A stretch of 64,000 nt of DNA, taken from an uncultured virus (IMG/VR IMGVR_UViG_3300025674_000003). Its lineage: Duplodnaviria; Heunggongvirae; Uroviricota; Caudoviricetes; Crassvirales. The first letter of the stretch is position 1. Each line of letters starts with the position of its first letter. Shown one piece after another: positions 25,808 through 35,900 of this stretch. Location: IMG/VR virus record IMGVR_UViG_3300025674_000003; one strand, 5' to 3'. The notes beneath the pieces are model-generated. The model was not told the DNA's origin and made no database searches. It worked only from the letters and a program-made list of their open reading frames with translations. Made by a program: the position numbers and the translations under genes.

Positions 25808-27526
25808 ATGTGGAATAATGAATGGAAAAAAGGCGAAGACTACCCAAAATGGGGAGATACAGAAGTCTATAAAAAAACAATCTCAGGAGGATATTTACTT
25901 GCTGGAGAATCTCCTAAGCAAGCATATGAAAGAGTATCAAAAACGGTTGCGAGAAGGTTATACAAGCCAGAAATGGCAGAAAAATTCTTTGAATATATAT
26001 GGAACGGATGGCTTTGTTTGGCGTCTCCTGTTCTTAGTAACACTGGTACTGATCGCGGTCTTCCTATTAGCTGTTTTGGTATTGATGTAGCAGATAGTAT
26101 TCAAGATATAGGTCATAAAAATTTAGAAATGATGTTATTAGCTAAACACGGTGGTGGTGTTGGCATTGGTATTAATATGATTAGACCTTCAGGCGCTAAA
26201 ATTACTGGTAATGGAACAAGCGACGGAGTTGTACCGTTTTGTAAAATATATGATTCAACAATACTCGCAACTAATCAAGGATCTGTTAGAAGAGGAGCTG
26301 CATCAGTTAATATTAATATTGAGCATAGCGACTTCGAAGAGTGGTTAGAAATTAGAGAGCCAAAAGGAGATGTTAATAGACAATCTCTTAACTTACACCA
26401 ATGCGTTGTAATAGGTGATAAGTTTATGAGAAAAATAGAACAAGGAGATAAACAGGCTAGAAAAAAATGGGGTAAGTTATTACAAAAGCGTAAAGCAACC
26501 GGTGAACCGTATATATTATTTAAAGGAAATACAAATAAAAATAACCCTAGAGCTTATAAAGATAATGGACTAAAAGTTCATATGACAAATATTTGCTCAG
26601 AAATAACACTGCATACTGATGAAAATCATAGTTTTGTTTGTTGTTTATCATCATTAAATTTAGCTAAATATGAAGAATGGAAAGGTACAAATCTTATATA
26701 CGACGCCACTTGGTTTCTTGATGGCGTTATGGAGGAATTTATTCAAAGAGCCAAAGGACTTAGAGGTTTTGAAAATGCCGTTCGCTCCGCTACAAAAGGA
26801 CGAGCACTTGGGTTGGGTGTACTTGGATGGCACACCTATCTCCAAGAAAACGGCTTACCTTTTGAAGGTCTCCTTGCTCAGTTTGAAACTAGGAAAATAT
26901 TTTCGCAAATTAAAATTGAAAGCGAAAGAGCTTCTAGAGTTCTTGCTGAAACTTATGGCGAACCTTTGTGGTGTGCTGGTACTGGTTATCGTAATACTCA
27001 TTTGCGTGCTATTGCTCCCACTGTTAGTAATTCAAAGCTTAGTGGCAATGTTTCACCAGGAATAGAACCATGGGCTGCAAATGTATTTACTGAACAATCT
27101 GCTAAAGGAACTTTTATACGTAAAAACCCTACGCTAGTAAAATTATTAAGAAAACTTAAAATAAATAATAATGAAACATGGGATAAAATACTTGCTGACG
27201 GTGGTAGTGTTCAAAATCTTTCTGAGCTTGATGATGTTATCATGGCGCATGACATACCAGCAAAAGAGGTATTTAAAACTTTTAAAGAGATTAATCAATT
27301 AGAATTAGTTAATCAAGCTGGTATACGTCAGCAATATATAGATCAATCTGTTAGTTTAAATCTAGCTTTTCCTAGCGTTGCTACGCCTAAATGGATTAAT
27401 CAAGTACATATGCAAGCTTGGAAAAATGGTATTAAAACTTTGTATTATACTAGAACAGAAAGTGTTTTACGTGGAGATATTGCGCAGCAAGCGATGAGTG
27501 AAGATTGTCTTGCGTGTGATGGTTAG
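25808..27526 (+). CDS. nrdA: Ribonucleotide reductase class Ia alpha subunit (no ATP cone)
   Basis: SPVLSN, ISCF, NICSEI, CCLSSLN, AIAPT, KTLYY, C-terminal CLAC. Confidence 0.95.
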   Translation: MWNNEWKKGEDYPKWGDTEVYKKTISGGYLLAGESPKQAYERVSKTVARRLYKPEMAEKFFEYIWNGWLCLASPVLSNTGTDRGLPISCFGIDVADSIQDIGHKNLEMMLLAKHGGGVGIGINMIRPSGAKITGNGTSDGVVPFCKIYDSTILATNQGSVRRGAASVNINIEHSDFEEWLEIREPKGDVNRQSLNLHQCVVIGDKFMRKIEQGDKQARKKWGKLLQKRKATGEPYILFKGNTNKNNPRAYKDNGLKVHMTNICSEITLHTDENHSFVCCLSSLNLAKYEEWKGTNLIYDATWFLDGVMEEFIQRAKGLRGFENAVRSATKGRALGLGVLGWHTYLQENGLPFEGLLAQFETRKIFSQIKIESERASRVLAETYGEPLWCAGTGYRNTHLRAIAPTVSNSKLSGNVSPGIEPWAANVFTEQSAKGTFIRKNPTLVKLLRKLKINNNETWDKILADGGSVQNLSELDDVIMAHDIPAKEVFKTFKEINQLELVNQAGIRQQYIDQSVSLNLAFPSVATPKWINQVHMQAWKNGIKTLYYTRTESVLRGDIAQQAMSEDCLACDG

Positions 27527-27542
27527 TTAGTTTATTTAAATC

Positions 27543-27572
27543 AAAAAAGGAGATCAAACGATCTCCTTTCTT
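27543..27572. terminator. Bidirectional terminator between the converging arms
   Basis: AAAGGAGATC-aaac-GATCTCCTTT. Confidence 0.75.
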
Positions 27573-27618
27573 GGTTACAGGATCTTTGGGTATGGTACGC
27601 CCATTTTTTTTTTGATCC

Positions 27619-27759
27619 TTATTTTTTACACATACACTTCGCTACTGGACAGTCTGCTACATTTATAACTAGTTTTGATAAAAACCAATTCCATTTACAG
27701 CAGCACTTACACCAAAATGCCTGTATTGCTAATCCCCATTTTACAAATAATTTTCCCAT
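27619..27759 (-). CDS. 46-aa Cys/Trp-rich basic peptide
   Basis: Hand translation MGKLFVKWGLAIQAFWCKCCCKWNWFLSKLVINVADCPVAKCMCKK; directly after endolysin. Confidence 0.6.
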   Translation of the reverse strand: MGKLFVKWGLAIQAFWCKCCCKWNWFLSKLVINVADCPVAKCMCKK

Positions 27760-27775
27760 AATTTTTATTTTTTAT

Positions 27776-28237
27776 TTATATTACTTTATATTTAGTTCTA
27801 CCGTTTTCTTTATATGCTTTTAAGCATCTATTTCTATTATCTTCATCATTAACATAAGATACATGTATCCAATTTGGATTTGTGTCTGTGCCAAACTCCC
27901 ATATTAATTGATCAAAATTTAAGTTTTCTTTTATCCAATGATACATTTCTGCGTTGGTTTTATGTCCATAGACGTCGTCTAAGTCTATTGCTTGGCCTTT
28001 ACAGTGCTGAGATGTTTTTGATCCTCCTATTGCAGTATTTAGTTCTGCTGATCTAAAAAATGAATTTACTTTTATTGGTCCTCCAACCCATTCTCTAAGT
28101 GGTTCAAATATTTTAGACGCTGTTAAACCCATGGTTTCTACGTGAACTGGGCTAGGTGTATTATCTATTCCTTTACGCTTAGCTGTATTTGAGTGTATAG
28201 CTTCAGCATACGTTATATGATCACTTATCTTTTGCAT
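27776..28237 (-). CDS. Endolysin, peptidase M15A family
   Basis: FRS..LN.AIGGS..SQH..GQAID...WIHVS. Confidence 0.88.
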   Translation of the reverse strand: MQKISDHITYAEAIHSNTAKRKGIDNTPSPVHVETMGLTASKIFEPLREWVGGPIKVNSFFRSAELNTAIGGSKTSQHCKGQAIDLDDVYGHKTNAEMYHWIKENLNFDQLIWEFGTDTNPNWIHVSYVNDEDNRNRCLKAYKENGRTKYKVI

Positions 28238-28239
28238 AA

Positions 28240-29319
28240 TTATAATTTAAAGTTAATGCCAGCTTTAATTACTTTTATTTTTCTATCCCAATATTTTTGT
28301 ATAGCTATTTCGCTAAACAAACCAAACTTTTTGTTTATGTTTATTCCAAATTGTCCACCAAAAGAATAATCAATCCATTTATTATTACCTATAAAAGCCT
28401 CATATGAACAATGTTCTTTACCTTCATCTGCATAAGTTTTATGTATAGGAAGTATATTACCATAAGCGTGTATCCAATGACTTTTTCTATAATGATAAAA
28501 ATCTAAACCGATTACACCGGATAAATTAGCATAACCACCAGACACTAATTCTAATTGCTCTGAGTTATATTGATTAACAAGATCACCGAATATATTTTCT
28601 CTATAATCTAAATCAGAGTTAGAAATTAAAACTCCATTTTGATCATACCAAAAATAATCTATACCTGTTTCACCTGTAGAAAAGTTTTCCCAAGAGTAAG
28701 GTACATCATTATGTCCATAGTAATCTCTACTTAAATTCCACCAATAGTTATCTTCAAGATATGATTCTATAGGATTTACACCATAAGCTTTTTCATATGT
28801 TCTATATGCAGCACCAATACTTAAACTTATTTTTTTACCAATAGGTAATCTTAATCTAAGATCTGCTAACTTGTAATCTAAATCAACTAATTCATTTTTT
28901 GTTCTTTCTACTTTAGCAACCCAGTAATTAGCTAAGTATCTAACAAACATTTGACTGTTTTCAAACTCAGATCTTTGCTGTCTACCTTTTGAATATTCAA
29001 ATAAATACTCTAAACCTTTAGCGTTACCTATATTAGCAGATTTACCTATATTAGTTTCACTTCCGTTGTAAAACTGATCTCTGTTTTCATAGTCAAAAAA
29101 AGCTAATTTTCTAATACCAATTGTTAACGTTTGATCAGCGGGTGTGTTAGGTGTTGTTTCTATTAAATCATTGCTAGCACTAACAGCAAATGATTGCATT
29201 GGTTGTATAGAGTTGTTTTGATCATAGCTAGCATAAACAGTACTATATTTAAATATTTTTTTAAATTGAGCTTGACTAGTAAAACTAATCAGTAAAAATA
29301 ATAACAATAATTTTTTCAT
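28240..29319 (-). CDS. Secreted protein, probable outer-membrane beta-barrel
   Basis: Sec signal MKKLLLLFLLISFTSQA; alternating aromatic strands; ends KAGINFKL. Confidence 0.55.
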   Translation of the reverse strand: MKKLLLLFLLISFTSQAQFKKIFKYSTVYASYDQNNSIQPMQSFAVSASNDLIETTPNTPADQTLTIGIRKLAFFDYENRDQFYNGSETNIGKSANIGNAKGLEYLFEYSKGRQQRSEFENSQMFVRYLANYWVAKVERTKNELVDLDYKLADLRLRLPIGKKISLSIGAAYRTYEKAYGVNPIESYLEDNYWWNLSRDYYGHNDVPYSWENFSTGETGIDYFWYDQNGVLISNSDLDYRENIFGDLVNQYNSEQLELVSGGYANLSGVIGLDFYHYRKSHWIHAYGNILPIHKTYADEGKEHCSYEAFIGNNKWIDYSFGGQFGININKKFGLFSEIAIQKYWDRKIKVIKAGINFKL

Positions 29320-29652
29320 TTAAAACTTGTTTGATTGTAGTTCATCTACTTTGTTAATAACTTTTTTTAATGTATCATCTGGTAATTTTAAAGACATACC
29401 ACCGTGTATTCTTAAAACTTCTTCGCCATTATTATATACGCAAATAGTTGGCAAATATTCTATATTTTCTTTAGTAAAATATTCTTTATGTTCACTCATA
29501 TAAAATGTATGAGTGTTAAAGCTTTTTAATTTTTTTAATGATATTTCTTTTTCTAATAAAAATTTTGCGCTGTATTGAACAATACTAATATCGTCTTTAT
29601 AGTTTTGTCCAAATGCAAAAGTGCTAAATAGTAATGCAATAATTAATCTCAT
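29320..29652 (-). CDS. Secreted thioredoxin-like-fold protein without CxxC
   Basis: Signal peptide; IEYLPTICVYNNGEEVLRI cis-Pro-type motif. Confidence 0.55.
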   Translation of the reverse strand: MRLIIALLFSTFAFGQNYKDDISIVQYSAKFLLEKEISLKKLKSFNTHTFYMSEHKEYFTKENIEYLPTICVYNNGEEVLRIHGGMSLKLPDDTLKKVINKVDELQSNKF

Positions 29653-29957
29653 CTTCTTTGTATTTCATAAAGACGCTGATCTAACTTATCTATCATTTGT
29701 TTTATTTCCTCAACGTCTTTTTCAATGTTATCAACTTGTTCAATAACTTTTTCCACGTTCGATCTAATCAATTCGTCTTTGTATTTAAATTCTAATGAAG
29801 TTATTTCTGGCTTTGGTTCTTCCATAGCTAAAGCTATATCAGATTTTAAAGTGAAATAAGTTGTAGATAATCCTACAACAAAACTTATAATTATACCTAT
29901 TGTTTTAACATCTAATGTAAATTTAGTATCTTCGCCTATTTGTGGTATTTTTGTCAT
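29649..29957 (-). CDS. Single-TM coiled-coil membrane protein
   Basis: TIGIIISFVVGLSTTYF followed by heptad repeats. Confidence 0.6.
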   Translation of the reverse strand: MTKIPQIGEDTKFTLDVKTIGIIISFVVGLSTTYFTLKSDIALAMEEPKPEITSLEFKYKDELIRSNVEKVIEQVDNIEKDVEEIKQMIDKLDQRLYEIQRR

Positions 29958-29963
29958 TTTTTT

Positions 29964-32900
29964 TTATAAATTTATATCCAAATCTAAATCTACATCTAGA
30001 TCTATATCTTCTATTTCACCTCCAAAATCAATACCAAAAGGATTGTTAGGAGTGTTATTGTTTTGGTTTTGATCTTCGTCTAAGTCTAAATTCCATTTAC
30101 TAAAGCCAAAGAAAAACGCCATTCTTTGCCAAGTTTCATATTGACTATCTAAAACAGACATTGCATTCTCTGCTTTTATCATCAACCTATCAAGAGGTAT
30201 ATTTAAAGTAGCAGAAGTCATAGTAGTTAAAGCTTCAAGCGCATATTTATTTTTAAAAGGATTCCAACCGTAATAATCAAAATATTCTGAATTATAACTA
30301 TAAGATTGCCAAGCTTTTGCTATTTTTCTAGCTTTAATACCTATTGAAGGTGAAACATTTAAAGCTTCTAAAACTACTTGATATTCTTTACCTCTACCTT
30401 TTCTAGGATCTTGGCTTAGTTCATAAGCTTTTAAACCTACATTTTTTATAGCGGCAATATAAGCACCATATAAACCAGCTCCTCTTATTAATGTATCTAA
30501 CATACCGTTTGCGGCTCTAGTTTTACTCTGCGTATAATCTACTTGTTGATCATCATCATCGTCCCACATTCTAAATAATGCGTTTTGTAAAAAATTAAAT
30601 ATGAAGTTTTGAACAGCAGCATAATAAACTATTTTAGAAACATTACCAGCAAAACTACCTCTTCTTTTAGCTATGTCAATTGCAGATCTTTTTATAATTC
30701 TAGAATATTGAAGAGGAGTATTTTGAAAAGACAAAAATAATCTACCTTCTACTGATGCTTGATTTTTAGATATTCTAGCAGGATCCGCAGACTGTTGACT
30801 AACTTCAGCTGTTTCGTAAAACTCTCTCATCGCTTGTTTTTCTGCATCTGGTAAATCTACTCCTTTACTAACTAAATCATTTATTCTATTTCTATAAAAT
30901 GTAACACCACCTAATGTTATAGCTAAACTATCTGCAGCTCTAGTTGGTATAAAACCTTTTTTAAGAGCCCAAAATATTAAACCTTTTGTTTTTTGTGCCC
31001 ATGTTTTATTATTAGGATTATTTAAGACATCTACTATTTCAGATTCTTGTAAATCACTTAACAAACCAGATCTTCTATCTTTTAAATAAGGAGAATTCCA
31101 AAGAGTGTTAAAATCTTTAGCCATTTGTGGAACATTTAATATAGCTTTACCAGCGGCTAAAGGATTATTAAATGTCATATTAATAAAGTTTGTAGCTGAT
31201 ATTGTTTGAAGCAAAGCAGATCTCATGTTAAAGAACATAGTAACACCAACAGAACCATTTAACCAATCAACCCAGCCTCTAGTAGCTTTACTCATTCCTT
31301 TAGGTTTGTTAGTACCTGTCTCCATTCTATGAAGTATGTCCGTTAAAGCATCAACAAAAGGTGTACCATAAACAGCTTCAAGCTTAGTCATTGTTTCTTT
31401 ATTAAATATAATATCTTTGTTTTGTTTCCATTTTTGAAGATATTTAGCTCTATTTAATTTCGTTAGTATTGACTGAACATCACCTAATACACTACCATCT
31501 ATCCATTGTTGTGGTGGCTCTATATATCCATTAGGTTGTTTTGATAAAAGAGATATTTGATTTGCTATCTTTTTAAGCTTAGGATTTGTTCTTACAACTT
31601 CAGATAAATTAAAAATATCTTTATTTTCTAAATCAGGTATTTGATAACCTGCTTTTTTCCACAAATAAACTCTTATAGCTTGATCATTGCTAAAGCCAGA
31701 ATAGCTAGAATCTTCTCTTAATAGTTTTTTAGTTGGTTTATCAAATAAATTTTTCCAATCTCTATGTGCTGAGTTTCTAGCGTTAATTAAATCTAAACTA
31801 CCCTCTGAGTAAGGTTTAATTAAGTTTTCAGTAACCCAATCTATTTGTTTTTGACCTTTTGTACCACTGGCTGAAGCCACAATATACATTAATCCTAAAA
31901 AGTCAGCATCACCTGGTGGTAAATAAATTCCCTGATTAGAAATACTTTTAGCCATTTGCTCTGCTCTAGCTTTAGAAAAACTTTCTTCAACTGCGACACC
32001 TGTGTTTTCTTCTATTATCTCATTAAAAGCAGTATTTAAATTATTACTATATTGCTTTCTTTCATTTTGCATAGAAAATTTAACATCTGAAACGTCTAAA
32101 ACGTTTTTAGTTATTTTACCTTTTCTATTGTTTTCGTTTTTAAAATTAAAATCATTGTAACCCTGAGATATTTTATCTATTAAATAATAAGAAATAGCTT
32201 TATCATTCATTTTACCTAAGTCAGGTACATTAAATTTATTTGTTCTTTTCTTATATTTTATAACCTCTCTAGAGGCTTGATCCATTATTCTAGCTGTAAA
32301 AAATTGATCTGCCGTATTATTTGTATATCTTAAATAAGAGTTTAATTTAGCATTGTTTTTAGTTCCATTACTCATGCTAAATTTAATTTTATCAGACTTA
32401 CCTGTAGCAAAATTATTTATTACTTTATTTCTAGTATTTATATTTTTTAAATCATTATATAAATTAGGATTTTTATTAGATATTTCATTTAAAAAAGCAT
32501 CGTTTCTCAATGAATTTCTACCTTCTTGTAGAACAACAACATCACCAAATAACTCCATTAAAGCTGTTCTTCTGTCAAAGTAAGCAGTTGCCCATAATTT
32601 ATTACCAGTTCTACCTAATTCTACAGGTAAAAACTTTTTTATTAAAACATTTGGATTTTTACTATACGTTCTGATTATCCTAGTCGCTTCATCTATACCA
32701 AAGTAACTTTGTAAGAAAGTAGCTACGTTTATATCTTTAGTTTTAATGGGTTGACCTTGATCATTTGTGTTTTTTAATCTTGGTGGTATTTTTTTAATTG
32801 CATAAGTTGATTCACCTGTAACTGGATCTATAGGGTTGTTAATAACGTCCCATATTAATTTCCAATTATTAAACATAAAAGAATCTAAATCTTTGCTATT

Positions 32901-35900
32901 TTGAAAAGTCATTCTTCTTGAAAGAGTTTGTGAAAGAATAGATAATTTCTTTTTAAAATTTCTAAAATCTAAAGTTTCTATATTTGGTGATGATAATATT
33001 TCTCTTCTAACCTCTGCCGCTATTATAGCTGCTGGGTTTATCTCTTGAGAATAAGCTTTATATGTTTTTATCATTCCACCGGAGGCTACACTATAAGTTT
33101 TAAATGACTTTAGCTTTTTAAGTTCTTTAACTTCTTCGTCTGTTAAATACTTTTTACTTTCTAATTCTAAGCCTCTTTCAAGATCTCTTTTTTCTTGTTC
33201 TAATTGTTTTCTTATTGCAGGATCAGTTACTATTTTAAGCTTTTTATTAACAGCAATAGATGGGTCGTTTGCACTTAAAGCAAAATCACCTCCAACTGGT
33301 ACTCCTTCTATCAATATAGGTTGACCATCTTTATTTGAAAAACCAAAAACAGGATCAGTTAATAATGTTATTAATTCATCTTGATTTTTTTCAAACTCTT
33401 CTTTTTGTTCTTGTATTTCACTTTGACTAGTTGTTTCTATAGATGTAGATCTCTCATCTATTTCATCTGTAAATTTTTGACTAGTAACGTTACCAGTTCT
33501 AAGTGCAGTTTTCATTTTATTTCTTAACTGGCTATTTATCCAGCCGTTAAGATTATTGTTTTCTAATACAATTTCACCTTTAGAATTTTTATATCCTTTT
33601 TCGTCAAGCTTATTTAACGCATTATTAATTTCAGAAGAAGACAAACCTTTTTCTTTTAACTCTTTTCTTTTGTTTTCTCTTAATTGTAAAAATTCTTTAT
33701 TAAAGTTTCTAATGTGAGGTATTAAAGCAATAGCTGTTTCAGCTAACATGTCTTCTGCGCTATAATCAGGTAAATTACTATATAATACACTAGCCTTGTC
33801 TAATATAGGTTTTTCATATTCATTTAGAATATCATAAAGAACAGAATCTACACCCGTAGATTTACCCCATAAATTTTTATTATAAAAAGAATTTACTTTA
33901 GCTTTAAACTCTTCACTAGATATAGGTCTTTTAGTTTTTAAAGCAAACTTTTCGTCAAAAGTATAATTATCTTCTATTTCTTTTATTTCATCAGGTGTTG
34001 GTTCTCTATCAACAACAGGTTGTTTAGGCGCTTGTTTTTTGTTTTTATCTACAAATTTTTGTGATTCAGTTTCAAGAGCTTTAGTATCTACTTCTGCTCC
34101 TTGTTTAGCTACTTTGGATAAAGCTTTGTTTCTATCTGCTGTTAATATTCTAGCATTTATACTAGAGTTATAGTCTTTTATAAAATTATAAACATCTTTT
34201 GCTGAGTTAAATTTTATATCTTTTAATCCTAAAAACTGCAAAACTTGTCTTATTGTGTCTGCTATTTTAGTAAAAGTATCTGTTTCATATGTTACAGCGC
34301 CTACTGTGATAGCGTCTGAGTAAAGAGTTAAAACTTCTTCCCATTGATTACCAACAGCTTCAGCTACCTTTCTATCATATTCTTGTTTAGTTATAGTACC
34401 AGCTTTTAAATCAGCATCAAAGCCTTTTATAACATTATTATAAAAATTTATATAGCTAGTAAAATCAGATAAAAATTCATCTGGTAAAGCTTTTTCAAGA
34501 GACTCGTTGTTATCCAGTTTGTCTTGTATCTTCATTACTTCTGCTAATAAAGATTTTCCTAAAAGAACTTGTGCTTGTGGATTATTTCTTATTGTTTCAT
34601 ACATTACAGCATGTAAAAACTCATGTTCCTTTACTGTAACTTTACCATCTTTAGCTGCTTTTTCGTTATTTATTACTATATACTGCTGATCACCTCTTTG
34701 TATTGTTGTTCCATATTTACCAGCTGTAGATATAGCTTTTGCTTTTGTATAGCCTAATTCATTTACTAAAAAATCTACAACTTCATTTGTAGAATTAAAT
34801 TCATTCCAAGAGACGTTTTCTATTTTACCACTTTTTATAGCTTTTTTTATTATACCTGACTTTCTTTTTGTTATGTCATTATAATAAGCTGTTTTTATTT
34901 TTTCATCTAATGCTGCTATTCTAGCATCTGTTTCTGAGTGAAAAGAAGGATCTTCTGTTTTTCTTTGTTGTCTTAGTTTAGCTACTTCATTTACATCTCC
35001 TAGTATTTGAGTTGCAGCTTCAGCAGATAAATCTTGAGGCATTCTATTTATATTATTATCAAAAGCATTTATTTCTTCTAATAATTGATCAGCCTCTTGT
35101 TGAGTGTAAATATTTTGTGAAACTTGAGTTGCTAACAAATCTTTAACTGAATCTTTTTTATAAGCTAAAAAACTTAACGCATTAAATCTATCTATAGCAC
35201 TCATTCCAAGAAGTTGTCTAGCTGTTTGTTTTGCTAAATCAACAGTAACACCGGCGCCAGGTAACACAGCTCCAGCAAAGAAAGATAAAACACTAGTGTC
35301 AATAAAGTCTTGAAGACTCATTGTGTCTTTTAATATTTTTCTACCAGCTCTATCATTTACATTTTTATTAACAGCAAAAGTTTCACCTATTTGTTGCACG
35401 TTTTCTTGAAACATTTCTTTAAAACCTTCGCCACCTAAATTAATAAGCGTTCCAAGTTTTCCACTTCTAAAATAATCTATAAAGCCTTTTTTACCTTTTT
35501 TAGTATATTCTTGTATGGCGTTAGAAACAAAGTTTTTAGTTGTTAATTTTCCAAATATAGCATCTGTTGCTCTTGTTTGAGGTGATATTGGTGCTGTTAT
35601 CGCATACAATATACCTGTTTGTATAGATCCTATAGCAGCTAATTCTTTAGCTTCTTGATCATTTAATCCAGCTTTTCTAGCTTCAGCTAATGTGTTTTCA
35701 TATCCTCTAGAGAAACCTATAGTTGCTTGACCTATTATAGCATCAGACATTGTTCTCTTAATAGGAATAGATTTTAAAAATTTTCTTGTTTTACCTAGAA
35801 CACCTAAACCTTTTGTAAATCCTCCAACGGCTCTAATACCATTACCCATTCCTCTTGAAAGTGCTATTTGAACAATTAAATCACCTATAACTTGAGATCC

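Noticed and set aside
20594..26090. Short +1-frame ORFs inside primase-helicase, nrdB and nrdA (20594, 21254, 24531, 24960, 25818)
   Set aside because: Short and consistent with codon-bias shadows of T-ending codons
24179..27526. Introns or inteins in the RNR genes (also considered for terL and helicase)
   Set aside because: ORFs are continuous and of compact length with no splice motifs seen
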